From Proteromonas lacertae (taxonomy: Eukaryota), in assembly GCA_002245135.1 (NCBI GenBank), contig NGBS01001174.1:1-64000 (forward strand): a stretch of DNA of 64,000 bases. The letters are read 5' to 3'. Both the position numbers and the translations under genes were made by a program. Positions 1 through 11,032 of the stretch are shown here, piece by piece. Numbering within the stretch: position 1 is the first letter of the stretch; every line of letters starts with the position of its first letter. The notes beneath the pieces are model-generated. The model saw only the letters and a program-made list of their open reading frames with translations. It did not search any database and had not been told where the DNA came from.

Positions 1-965
1 GAACAATAGATCAATTAGCAGATTATTTTGAATATTTCAAATAAAACTGACACATAATTGATACGCGAAACAAAAGTATCTGAATTACAATGGTATGGGA
101 AAACAATTTGTTTATGGCCAAAAGTAAATTATATGGTTTATTTGGTATGTATTTAGAATATCCAAAGACAGGTTCAGGTAGAAGAAAACATGTTCATTTT
201 CAAACATAAGAAACATCACAGAAGAAATAAACTTAAATTAGAGAGTATCCCACGGAGGCATCTCTTGGCTACTAAGAAATTAGGTGGTAATAGTGGTATT
301 ATACCATTAAGAGTGGGTCAAAGTGGTTGGTCCTAATGAGCATGTCATTATTACTAATCCAAGACAACAAATGTATGATGCTGCTAGTGCTGCTTATAAT
401 GGAACATCACAATTACAGCCAAGTCAAATACCAGAATATATTCAACCATATATACCAAAAGAAACTGTAGGATATGATTATAATTGGAATTATGATAAAT
501 TATTTAGTCAGGTTTGAATAGACAAGCTCGAAAAGAAGTTCAATATGCTTAACTAATAATTATGCTTCAATGTTGCCTAACAATTATCATATTAATTTTT
601 ATGATATGCTAGATCGTGAACATAAAAGGACATTTAAGAGGGAACATTCCCATTAGGCAGAATTAGATACATCTAATCCAAGAAGCTATCTTTTGAATTG
701 GCCTGAATATGTTACAGAAGCAGATGTTCAGGCATATGATAATGGAATGAATAGAGTTACAGATCCTTTGTTACAAAAATTTCCTAAATTACCAAAATTA
801 TAAAATCATTACAAGAGATATATAGAAAAGAATCCTCAATTAGCAGGCCTATAAAAATTATAGACAAGATTGGTTGACCTCAACTTGGGGATAAATTAAC
901 AGGTAATGATAAAGATGCAATAGAATATTATAACAAACTATTATTACAGCAGGAGTATTTGCAAA

Positions 966-2534
966 AATGAATTAGTTGATGGAGTAAGTAAGATCAATCA
1001 ATATTCAGATCCATATAATTTTGATCCGAATCGAGCTGAAAAAGTAAAAGAATATATTGCATTGAATAATCAAAAGGCACAAAGATATATGGATGATCAA
1101 GAGATATTAGAAAGATCAAAATTTTATAGATGGGCATTAGATCCAAAAAATCAAGAACTGGTGAATAGTGTTATAGATATGGGTGAAGGACAGTGTACAT
1201 GGATTAATGAAGATAAATATAGAGAGCTGAATGAAATAGCATCACAGAATAGTAGAGATTTCATTAACTTTGATTATAACAGAGAGAAGTTAGGTCACTC
1301 ACTTCCTCAAGAGTGGGTGAATGCAGATAATAAACAAAAATATGAAATAGCTATTGGTTTAGTGAAAACTGCTTGTAGTTCATGGGCACAATTTGAAAAT
1401 TCACAATTTCAAAAAGCACTTGATTCATTACGTGAATCTGATTTTATGGGTTTTGCTGGTAATTTGTTCCTGTGTGTAGAGAATGTATTTAGGATATTTC
1501 CGCAAATATACTATACAATGAAATCATATTTGGTAGGTGGAGTTACTCCTCAAATGTTTGAAGTAGATCATGCAATGAAATATGTTCGTGCAATAGTAAT
1601 GACATGTTTAGCTTATTGGTTATGGAAAAAATCTAAACTACCAACATCAGGGTTCTTGTATGTAATGTGGTACTTCATTTTCGACTACTATGAAATAATT
1701 CGTATGCTGTCAGGTGGTAGATTACCTGCTATCACTGACTTGTATTATGGTAATTCAGAAAAAGTTAAGTCAATGTTACCTGAAGCAATTCAAAAATCAT
1801 GGTTACCTGTAGACTTGTTGTATAACTTTGGTGTTTCATTTATGTTCAATACTCATCCATATGTTCGATACTTGTTTCAATTAGTTCCATTCTTCTACAA
1901 ATTTTCTAATATATGGAAATATAGATGCAAAAAATGTAGGTGATACATTAAAAACAGCAGCAACTGTAGCTGCAGCTGCAAATGGAGGTGATGCAACAAC
2001 TGCTGCAGCAGCAGTTAAAGGTATTAGTGAATTATCAAAAGCTATGCCATCAATGGCAAAAACTGCTGTTGCAGCTGATCCAACAGGTACATTACAAACT
2101 GTTGCAGGTATAGGAACAGTATTCAGTGCATTGACTGCTTGTTTTGGTTTGCTAGATGCAGGTGGTTTATTAAACTGGTTAAAACCAACACCATATCAAC
2201 ACAAGAATGCAATCAAAATGGATAACTACGTGAAACGTTCACAACAAACAATTCCAAGTTCACTCACTAATTTTGGTAGAGCAGTGAGTAATTTAGATCA
2301 AGCAAAACAACTCAGTGAAGCTATGAGTTACTTTGGAATAGGTAATGGAAATAATAAAAAAGTAAAGAAATTAATTTCACGTAGGAAAGTTTTGTATAAC
2401 AGTATCACTTCAGATGCCTTATCAAACTTTGATATAGAGTTAATTGTGAAAAATGAGTTCAATAATTTTCATGGAAAGTTCATGAGAGTGTTTTGCTGGG
2501 ACAAATTGTACTTCCTATACCCAAAAAGAAGAAT
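966..2534 (+). pseudogene. Large viral protein (hydrophobic plus Ala-rich regions), frameshifted
   Basis: ORF 1062-1943 is open from ~966. The frame of ORF 2044 is open from ~1910 (YGNIDAKNVGDTLKTAATVAAAANGG), so one frameshift joins them. Contains LVGG and LSGG adenain-type cleavage motifs. Confidence 0.5.
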
Positions 2535-2907
2535 CAATGGGGAATCATAATCAATACACTCACAACACAAGCTAGCCCTGATTCTATAGGTCATTGGGTG
2601 GCTTTAGTAGTTGACAATATCAAAAAGTAATTCCTGTACTATGATTCATTTGGTGAAGATCCTCAACACTTGGAAGAATTTAAAATAAATTTGAAAAAAT
2701 TAAAGAAGTATCATAATGAAATGTATGAACTTAAAATCAATGGAGTACAGAACCAAAATTCAAATACTGCCAACTGTGGTTTTTTGCTATTAATTTTTTG
2801 AAAAATATTTTGAGAGATCAGTGTAGTTTCAAAAGGCTACTGACTATAATACAATAGTGGGTGAAGCAAAAATTAGGTTAATGAAAAAACAATTTGGTTT
2901 AATATAA
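2410..2907 (+). pseudogene. Adenain/Ulp1-like cysteine protease of virophage/Polinton type
   Basis: DALSNFDIE..., then a shifted frame QWGIIINT...GHWVAL (His 2592)...K*FLYYDSFG (TAA 2628)...QNQNSNTANCG (Cys 2775), then further frameshifts. Confidence 0.75.
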
Positions 2908-2952
2908 CATATAATATAAAATTATTACTTAATTATTTTTTCTTCTGTTTTG

Positions 2953-3360
2953 TTATGTGTGGTGAAATATTGTATGAGTTTCAATATATTCTATCATCTC
3001 TGTATCCATATGACTACATTTGAAGAATATTGGCATCTTACCATTAAAACATCTTTGTGGCATTCTAATGATTACTTTTTTCATTGTTGGTGTGTATGTA
3101 ACTTTCGGATAATCTCTATTTCCTAAGTCACAAGGACCTACAAACACTAATATCAAACGTTGACTCATGATCATGTTAATCATTTTGTGTGTTAACTCAA
3201 AATACCATTGATATATAGGTTTTCGATGATAAAAAAATATAAGGAATTGTAGGCTATACAAATCCAAGTAGATGTCTGGACCACTTAAATGATATTTCTT
3301 TGTTACCTTGGATTCAAGTTCTGGTAATTTATATTCAATCTGTGGTGGTAGTGTAAGCAT
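2953..3360 (-). CDS. Hypothetical protein (likely start MLTLPPQ at 3360)
   Basis: Open ORF. The 5' extension in the ORF track runs through AT-rich, structured non-coding sequence. Confidence 0.45.
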   Translation of the reverse strand: MLTLPPQIEYKLPELESKVTKKYHLSGPDIYLDLYSLQFLIFFYHRKPIYQWYFELTHKMINMIMSQRLILVFVGPCDLGNRDYPKVTYTPTMKKVIIRMPQRCFNGKMPIFFKCSHMDTEMIEYIETHTIFHHT

Positions 3361-3424
3361 ATATAAAAAATAATAGAATATACTATATATATATGTATAA
3401 TAAAATATTAAAAAAAAAGAAATT

Positions 3425-3517
3425 AAAAAAATGGGATTACTAATAGTCTGTGCTAGGAATCGAACCACTAATGCCAGCTGCATGACTCTTTTTTCCTTGC
3501 ACAGTCTATCAGATCCC
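3425..3517 (-). ncRNA. Candidate Pol III hairpin RNA 1 (VA/vault-like)
   Basis: GGGAT...ATCCC closing stem, ~14 bp stem CTGATAGACTGTGC/GCACAGACTATTAG, perfect B-box GGTTCGATTCC, T7 terminator. Confidence 0.55.
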
Positions 3518-3526
3518 AATTAAATT

Positions 3527-3604
3527 AAAAAAAGGGCATTTAGATATACCGTGCCAGGATGATTCAAGCCGAATTTCAATGGCGCAATATTAAACAACAC
3601 ATCC
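3527..3604 (-). ncRNA. Candidate Pol III hairpin RNA 2
   Basis: Stems TGTTTA/TAAATG and ATATTGCGCCA/TGGCACGGTAT, degenerate B-box GGCTTGAATC, ends CCC plus T7. Confidence 0.4.
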
Positions 3605-3765
3605 AAGTAGAATTATTAAACTTCCATAAATTCCTTGTGAAATTAATTTAATAAATAAATAAATAATTATAAATTAGAAACGCAGCCCTCATCGTAGCTA
3701 GTCTATCCAATGTCCAATAATAAAAAACAACATATACAATATATAGCATAATAAAAATTTATTCG

Positions 3766-5052
3766 TTACAATATTGATTTGTCTCCCTTCTTTCTCTTGG
3801 GTCTCTCCAGTATTTTTCTAAACCATGTGGTTGGTGCATCATCTTTTCTCACTAACTGTAACTCATAGTGTTTGAATCGAATTAATGAAAAACCTTGAAT
3901 GTCATTCCCATTGATATCACCTAAATTGTATGAATATCGATTTTTCTTGATTATCTTATATACATTGTCTGACCAGTATATGTTCTTATCCATTTTACGT
4001 CTTCTCTCTTTGAATCTCACCAAATCACCTACTTCGAAATTTTGACCAGTATGATCCAATTTTTCATAATTCTTTAAGTTGTAGTTAATTGATTTTTGTA
4101 ATATTTGTTTTTGTAATTCTGGACTATGGAATACCTCATTTGGGGTATATCCTTTAATTCCTGGTAATGGCTTGTTATTATAGTCATCTATCACTTCCTG
4201 TATTATACTATCGAGTTTTAATTTATAATTCATATCTGGTATAATATGCTTATCATTGTGATCAATATCTGCCATATATGTAGGTGCATCATATCCCAGA
4301 TCCACCAAGTGTTTGTACAACAATCTTTTTATCACACTCACTGATCTATCCAACAATGACTCTATTTTATGCTCTGAACCATCTTTTTCAAAATATGATA
4401 TTCCTTCAGCATCACATAACTTCTTGATATTTGAAAAACTAGCATCAGCATCTGATAGGATACTTACCACATTTTTATGTGTTTTGTTTCCATAGGCATC
4501 TGTTTCATAATACCACTTCTGAAATGCATCCAATGTAATATCACCATATTTATTAGGCATAAATATTGCCCATACTTTTCTTGAATTCATTTCGATAAAA
4601 TACAAATGTTCCATATCAGGTAAGAAAAACACAATATCCATTTGGAAGTACCCTGGCTTTTTGATAGTTGCGAATGGATTATTTTTTTTATATTTGAAAT
4701 CAACAATTTGTTTTCCAGGTTGTCTCCTTAAGTATTCACGTACTACATCTGGTGGTGGAGCTATATCATTCATACTAGACAAATGTTGTGTCATTTTGAC
4801 AAATTCATTTTCATTAAGGTAATAATATTTTTTATATAGTTCATCTAAGCGTGATCGATATTGGGCAATTTGGTTTGACATTTGGTCTTCATACGAAGGT
4901 TCTCTTGTTGGATGTGTAATATTCGGTGCTCCATGGTTAATATATGTTGCAAGTGATAAGTTACCATTTGTAGGTAACGGTTTGACAGGATATGGGTTTT
5001 GGTTGCTATATGAGCTGTATAAATGTGGATCGTAACTATTAGTGCTAAACAT
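3766..5052 (-). CDS. Retroviral-type (rve) integrase of Polinton/virophage class
   Basis: GYFQMDIVFF, IEMNSRKVWA, ILSDAD, SLLDRSVSVIK, YNNKP..IKGYTPNEV, FEVGDLVR, WSDNVYKI, FKHYELQLV; first ATG at 5052. Confidence 0.85.
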   Translation of the reverse strand: MFSTNSYDPHLYSSYSNQNPYPVKPLPTNGNLSLATYINHGAPNITHPTREPSYEDQMSNQIAQYRSRLDELYKKYYYLNENEFVKMTQHLSSMNDIAPPPDVVREYLRRQPGKQIVDFKYKKNNPFATIKKPGYFQMDIVFFLPDMEHLYFIEMNSRKVWAIFMPNKYGDITLDAFQKWYYETDAYGNKTHKNVVSILSDADASFSNIKKLCDAEGISYFEKDGSEHKIESLLDRSVSVIKRLLYKHLVDLGYDAPTYMADIDHNDKHIIPDMNYKLKLDSIIQEVIDDYNNKPLPGIKGYTPNEVFHSPELQKQILQKSINYNLKNYEKLDHTGQNFEVGDLVRFKERRRKMDKNIYWSDNVYKIIKKNRYSYNLGDINGNDIQGFSLIRFKHYELQLVRKDDAPTTWFRKILERPKRKKGDKSIL

Positions 5053-5213
5053 ATGGTCCAAAAACAAAAAACAAAAGTAATAATGAAATTCATTTCATTA
5101 TGATTATTATCTAAATTAATATAGTTATATGTCTTTATAACAACATTTAAAAAAATATATACATATAACATTTGTTCATTGTTCAACGTTATTTCCCTTT
5201 CAATTCACTTATT

Positions 5214-6017
5214 ATGAGCAACTGGAAGATACTATACAAAAACAGCTTCATTAATGATCCAAATCCGAGCATATATAAAATTTTATGTGAGAATTTTAAG
5301 ACGATTGTGGAACATGAGAAAGATTTGCAACGATATAGGTATAATATATTATTATATGTCTATAGCTGGAATGGTAACTTCAGTATAAGGCGTTTCACTA
5401 CATGGTACAAAAGATTCACAGAAATTGAAAAGATTGATGTTCGACATGAAAGGTTAAAAATGTCCAGAGTGTTGATGTCTGTCCTGCTATGTAATATCAT
5501 GTATAAAGAGGATCTGGACAAAAGCATCGTATATATCCATTTAATATATATTTCAATTTTGAATCAATAGTATGATCGTATGCTTGACCATGCAATGGAG
5601 GACATGGTGGAACTGACTTGTATGTATATCATACATTTCGGTGACAACGATTTAGCAAAATGCGAAAAAGAAGAAAACAAGAATTCGAAAGGAGATATAG
5701 TTTACAGAAGTACTGCTGAAAGTATGGTAAGTAGTAAAGTCTCTATAGCATCGTTGTTTGATAACCTGGATGATGATGATTATAATGATGATGATGATGA
5801 CAACAACAAGTTGTTAAAGGTGGTATCGACAAAAAGAAAGTGCAGTACATCTAAAACTCCAAGATTCAAAAGAAAGAAAATAAATCAAAAAAACATTTCA
5901 ACCAAAAACCAAAAACAAGAAGATAGTACTACAGAGGAAGATGATGATGATAACTTCTCACAATTTATAGTAGATGATGATGATAATGAGGAGCCAGAGT
6001 ACCAAAATGATTATTAA
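5214..6017 (+). CDS. Hypothetical protein with acidic/basic C-terminus, two introns (5339-5365, 5529-5570)
   Basis: GTATA...AG introns of 27 and 42 nt; the second removes the TAG and joins ORFs 5172 and 5580 in frame. Confidence 0.6.
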
Positions 6018-6191
6018 TCTCTGGTCCTAATTGGTTCAAATGATAGATTGTGTTGTGTGGGAGTGTTGTTTTCATAATTTACATAATTAATTAGCATTAT
6101 AACAAGTCTTATAAGAAATATCAATAATAGAAAAATAGATGCGTTTCGAGATTTGACTTGAACTCCATTTTTTTGTTTTGTTTTTTATTAC

Positions 6192-6243
6192 ATAGGATGG
6201 TCACCATATGTTGTCATATCACACAGTATGGTGGCCATCCTAT
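6192..6243. repeat. 17-bp inverted repeat hairpin
   Basis: ATAGGATGGTCACCATA / TATGGTGGCCATCCTAT with one G-T pair, 18-nt loop, T-rich flanks. Confidence 0.8.
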
Positions 6244-6491
6244 CTATCATTGTTTTTTGAATTTTTTTAAGAAAATTAGATTTCGATTATGATCAGAAAG
6301 TCAAACTAAGGGCATATATGAGCCCAGCATAAATAGAGAAATCGATTGATGTATTTATTATTGTCTAATTATGTTTCTATTAACTAAAAACACATATAGG
6401 GAAATAGAACACATTGAAACGGATCTTTTTTTGGATCAAAAACACATAGGGTGAAATGGAACACTGTTCTATTTCCCTTTATTATTCATTA

Positions 6492-7770
6492 TTATAACAA
6501 GGATACTCCCGATTGATTGTAGACATGGATACTTCCAAGGCCGAAGGTATCAGCTAAAGTAACGTCCTTGAGACCAGCTGCTTCTACATGTAGTCGATAT
6601 TGTAAGTGGGACTTATATAAGCTGCTCCGGCAATCTCAAAGGTGACTTCATCGCTAAGACCTGCCTTGGGAATCTCTACTCGTTTTCCTTGACTTTCAAC
6701 TAAAGGGATGAGTTGATCGAGAGCTACTAAGGGTTGCACTTCATCGATGAAGTCATGCTCTTGAGAGATGATGGAGGATGGACCATTAACCAGTCTTCCT
6801 CAGGAGGCAAATACCCGAGAGGATCATGGCAGTATAAGGGATGACGGTAATGATCAATAATAAAAGTCACTATCCTTGCTGGGAACATCGTTGAGAACTT
6901 GTTAGTCCTTGGAATGTTAAGTAAGCAGCACTACTTATCCTTCTGATCGTGTTGATTATGAACTGCCCAGTTCTGATATTCTCGGGAGATCAATAGAATG
7001 AGTTCATCTTTCACTTGGCTTCTTACTTCCTCGGGACACTCTTCTATGAACTCTTTATCATCATCATCATTGTCATCATTGTCAGTCTCTTTGGAATAGA
7101 TGATTCCTTTACCTATCCTGACTTTACTAGGAGCTGAGTCTGCTGTGTAGCTGTACTCGTTGTGCTTGTTGGAGATGATGAATCTTGAGATGCAAGGTAC
7201 ACTGCTTCAAGAACTTCATCTGCTCTAAGTACAATAACTGCGTATCAACTGATTGCTGATCTTATCGTTGAACAAGTGGATCTCTGATTTTCTTGGATTA
7301 CATTTCCCTGAACTCCATTGTCAGCTACGAGGTCTAAGTTGGTCTGTCCTCCGATCTCTAAGCTTATGCTACATACCATGGAGTTGTTCACCTCAGCTAA
7401 GCTTTTGTTGCCTGATGCTTCAATCGCGTAGTTGACAACCTCTCGATACTTCTCCTTGAGCTCCTGGACTGATATTTGATTCACCATCTTGATACTATCG
7501 GTAGTGACTTCATCGATCATAGATAGCATACCTTACTTCATCTCCATCTTATTTTAACGGTTTATCATCACGTGTAAGCTTTGCTCCAGGGGAAGAAATT
7601 GCATCTCGACTCTTAGTTGCTGAACCATTATTCTTGTAATCCTCATGTAATAATCTTGAGCACTTCCTGGGGCTGATCGGAATAGAACTAGTTGATTCTT
7701 AGACGGCTATCAGCTAAGTCATCAACTTCATCATACCACTCCTTAGATAAGTCTTCTAGTTATAAGTCAT
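6492..7770 (-). pseudogene. Decayed viral structural gene(s), possibly penton/minor capsid
   Basis: Coding-like fragments across many frameshifts, e.g. SSIISQEHDFIDEVQPLVALDQLIPLVES...YISPTYNIDY...GSIHVYNQSG, reminiscent of virophage penton C-termini. Confidence 0.35.
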
Positions 7771-8132
7771 TTGATTATAGATGCTCTAGTAATATGTTTA
7801 AGGAAAAGACTCATTGCCTGTTGATTGATGGCTCCACCTCGGGCTATTCTTTGACGTCTCCCTAACCCTAACCCTAATCCTATCTTACGAGCAACGTCAG
7901 CTACTTGTTGTTGTCCTAAGGCATCAGCAGCCTTGGAGATGTTCTTATTGTCTTGTAGGTAGTCTACAGCCTTCTTACCAGTGGTAAGTAACAACACTTC
8001 TAGATAGCTTCCAGTAGTCCATCCCGTATAGAAGAAGACCCCGTAGGAGGAATCTCGTAAGTATCTTATGTATATGGGAGTGTGACTCATGTCACAGAGT
8101 TTTTGCGAGTGTTCTAGAAGTCCATTTATAAG
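7767..8132 (-). pseudogene. Probable C-terminal tail of a virophage-type major capsid protein, truncated at 8132
   Basis: TYEIPPTGSSSIRDGLL, then DYLQDNKNISKAADALGQQQVADVARKIGLGLGLG...RGGAI; resembles Gly-rich virophage MCP tails. Confidence 0.45.
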
Positions 8133-8951
8133 TCACTAGGAGCATTTATATTGAGAATAACTCATATAAAATATAAATATGATATAAAAACAAAACCTCC
8201 TCTATTTATATCTAATTATAATGTAATTCGCAAAGAATGCTTAAATAGTGTTGTAAAACATTCTAGTATAGAGTATATAAAAGACAAAACATGGTATTTG
8301 TTAATTGGTGATTCTCATTTAATTGTATGGTCTCCATTACTCTATAAATTAGCTTTGCTTAATAACATGTACATTTTATTTATATGGACAACAATTAAGA
8401 GAATGATTGTATCTAAATATAGGAATATCGAATTAGAAAATTATTTAATTAATATATATAATATTAATAAAATATTCACAACCAATTATATAAATAGCAT
8501 TAATAATAATAGTAAAACTATTCAGAATATAATAATTGAGTGTATTAAGGAATTAAAAAAATTCACAGATAATGTATATTATATTGAAGATACACCATAC
8601 TTGAAATTCAATCCTCATTATTACATAAAGAATAATATAAATAATTCAAAATTTTCTTTACATTCAAATAAATGTATATTCTATATATATAGAATAATTA
8701 AAAGTTATTTAAATGAAAAATATTTATCATTCATTGATGTAATATGTCCAAATAATGTATGTAGTTTACTTCATTCAAATATTCTTATGTATGTAGATTA
8801 TCATCATTTATCTTATGATTTTGTAAGATTAATAAAAGATATTATTTTAAATAAGAATAAAATAATTTTAGAAATTGAATCACTTCATAGAATAAGAAAT
8901 GAAGATTATTTTCATCTACATTTCTTAAATAATACATCTAGATTTTGCTAA
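8133..8951 (+). pseudogene. 5'-truncated OafA-type acyltransferase (SGNH domain only)
   Basis: Identical to the C-terminal part of 17009-18817; no ATG at the junction. Confidence 0.85.
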
Positions 8952-8978
8952 CTAAAATTTATTTTATATTTTCTGTGA

Positions 8979-10025
8979 ATGACAATTTTAATAACAGGGG
9001 CTGCTGGCTTTATTGGTTTTCATTTAATTGATTCTTTATTAAATGATGACTATAATATTGTAGGTGTTGATTCATTATGTGATTACTATGATTTAAATTT
9101 GAAGTATAAAAGACTTGAACTATTAGGTTACAGCAAAACTGATATTGACGATCATAATTTTGTGGGTAAAAGAAAAGGTTTTACTTTTGTGCAATGCAAT
9201 ATTAAAGAAAAAGAAACAATTAAAAACTTATTCTATACATATCATATCGAATATGTTGTTAATTTAGCAGGTCAGCCAGGTGTTAGATATTCAATCGAAA
9301 ACCCTGATATCTATATTCAAGATAATATTGTGGGATTTATGAATTTATTAAACATTTGTGTAGAATGCAAGATCAAACATTTTGCGTATGCTAGTTCAAG
9401 TAGTGTTTATGGATTAAATCAGACTATGCCCTATAAAGAATGTGATTGTGCAGATCATCCTGTTAGTTTATATGCTGCAACAAAAAGATGTGATGAAATA
9501 TTAGCACATTCTTACAGCACCATATACAAACTACCTACAACTGGTCTTAGATTTTTTACTGTTTATGGACCATGGGGGAGACCAGATATGGCAGCATTTA
9601 AATTTGTTGATGCTATTTTAAATGATAAACCAATTAATATATTCAATAATGGAAATATGACAAGAGATTTTACTTATGTTGATGATATAGTGCGTGGTAT
9701 AAAATTAATAATCTTTCACCCTCCTCATGAAAGGAATAGTTTAATTGCTGATCATGATTGTTCAACTTCTTCATCTCCGTTTGAAGTATATAATATAGGA
9801 AGTTCAAATCCTATTAGTTTAATGGAATATATACATTATTTTGAAAAAATATTAAACAAAGAAGCAATTAAGAATTTTATGCCAATGCAAAAAGGAGATA
9901 TAGAAAATACATATGCTGATATTACAAAAATTAACAAACAATTACGTTATGAACCAAAAATAACAATTGAAGATGGTATTAAAAGATATATAACATGGCA
10001 TAAAGATTATTATTATGATAAATAA
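8979..10025 (+). CDS. UDP-glucuronate 4-epimerase (NAD-dependent extended SDR)
   Basis: ILITGAAGFIG, NLAGQPGVRYS, YASSSSVYG, YAATK, LRFFTVYGPWGRPDMA; intronless. Confidence 0.93.
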   Translation: MTILITGAAGFIGFHLIDSLLNDDYNIVGVDSLCDYYDLNLKYKRLELLGYSKTDIDDHNFVGKRKGFTFVQCNIKEKETIKNLFYTYHIEYVVNLAGQPGVRYSIENPDIYIQDNIVGFMNLLNICVECKIKHFAYASSSSVYGLNQTMPYKECDCADHPVSLYAATKRCDEILAHSYSTIYKLPTTGLRFFTVYGPWGRPDMAAFKFVDAILNDKPINIFNNGNMTRDFTYVDDIVRGIKLIIFHPPHERNSLIADHDCSTSSSPFEVYNIGSSNPISLMEYIHYFEKILNKEAIKNFMPMQKGDIENTYADITKINKQLRYEPKITIEDGIKRYITWHKDYYYDK

Positions 10026-10177
10026 TACTTTTACACAACCTATTATTAATTTCATTTTTATATGTATTGTAATTTATCCCCATTAACTAACATTTTAAAC
10101 TGTTGTTGTTAATGAATCTTTGAAATATACACAATAAGTTTAAATCTTATGATTTCTAATCGTATTATTTTTTCTAT

Positions 10178-11032
10178 TTATATATAGCTAAATCCATGCC
10201 AGCATATATCATTCTCTTTGTTTTCTGTTGTGATTATTTTAGCTTTTCTGTGATAATATTTATTTAATTTTTGATATTCTATACTTAGTTTTCTATAAAT
10301 GATAGCCATATGCATATCTTCTCTATAAATTATTCTTTTCTCTTTCAATAATTCTTTGTATATTTGCATTATTAAATTGCTATTTATTATAACGAATCCT
10401 CCTGCTACAAATTGTGGGAAAAATGAATAAGGATAAACTGACTTTGGTAGATATACAGATGAGTTAGTATTTCTATTTACTTTCATTTTAGGGTAGTAGA
10501 ATCCTGATATTAAAGATTTGTGTTGATAAATGTTAATATATATGTATATTAATGGAATATTGGGATATATATCATCATCTATTTTTATAATATAATCAGA
10601 TTTCAGACTATTAGTATAATAATATTTGAATATATTACATGTTAAGATTGTTAGGTTATAATAATTATCTATTACATCAACGCCAATTATATCATTATTG
10701 TTTTCTAATTTTATTTTGTCTACTATCCCTTTTGTAGCTATTATAAAATAGTAATTACATGTTAATCTTTTGCAAATGTATATCCACGTTTTCTTTATAT
10801 TTTTTCTATAATTTACATGTGCTGTAGATGATTCTATAAAAAATAATATTTTATAGAAACTATTAGTGTTGGATTTAATTGAATAATTATATAAAAAAAC
10901 ATCTTCTATTTGTTTATGATTATTGTAATTTTGATTCTTATTATCATATGTATTGTTTAATATTTTTGCTCTTGAAATAATCCATTTTATAATTACAATA
11001 AAAAAAATAACGAAATATATACTATTTGTCAA
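10178..11032 (-). CDS. GT31 galactosyltransferase-like, no in-frame ATG before the anchor
   Basis: N-terminal TM, YYNLTILT, IIKIDDD, FPQFVAGGF, REDMHM. Confidence 0.8.
   Translation of the reverse strand: MTNSIYFVIFFIVIIKWIISRAKILNNTYDNKNQNYNNHKQIEDVFLYNYSIKSNTNSFYKILFFIESSTAHVNYRKNIKKTWIYICKRLTCNYYFIIATKGIVDKIKLENNNDIIGVDVIDNYYNLTILTCNIFKYYYTNSLKSDYIIKIDDDIYPNIPLIYIYINIYQHKSLISGFYYPKMKVNRNTNSSVYLPKSVYPYSFFPQFVAGGFVIINSNLIMQIYKELLKEKRIIYREDMHMAIIYRKLSIEYQKLNKYYHRKAKIITTENKENDICWHGFSYI

Larger units (their letters stand above)
1..8132. mobile_element. Decayed endogenous virophage/Polinton-like element(s), left end beyond window
   Basis: Co-located rve integrase, adenain-type protease remnant, virophage-like MCP tail and penton-like fragments; many frameshifts and stops. 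6500-8132 is visibly less AT-rich than 1-6400, so two nested elements are possible. Confidence 0.7.

Noticed and set aside
3433..3517. tRNA gene
   Set aside because: T-loop/B-box present but no D arm or anticodon arm.
7861..7877. Telomere-like CCCTAA repeats
   Set aside because: Fewer than three units, and they encode the LGLGLG of the capsid-like tail.
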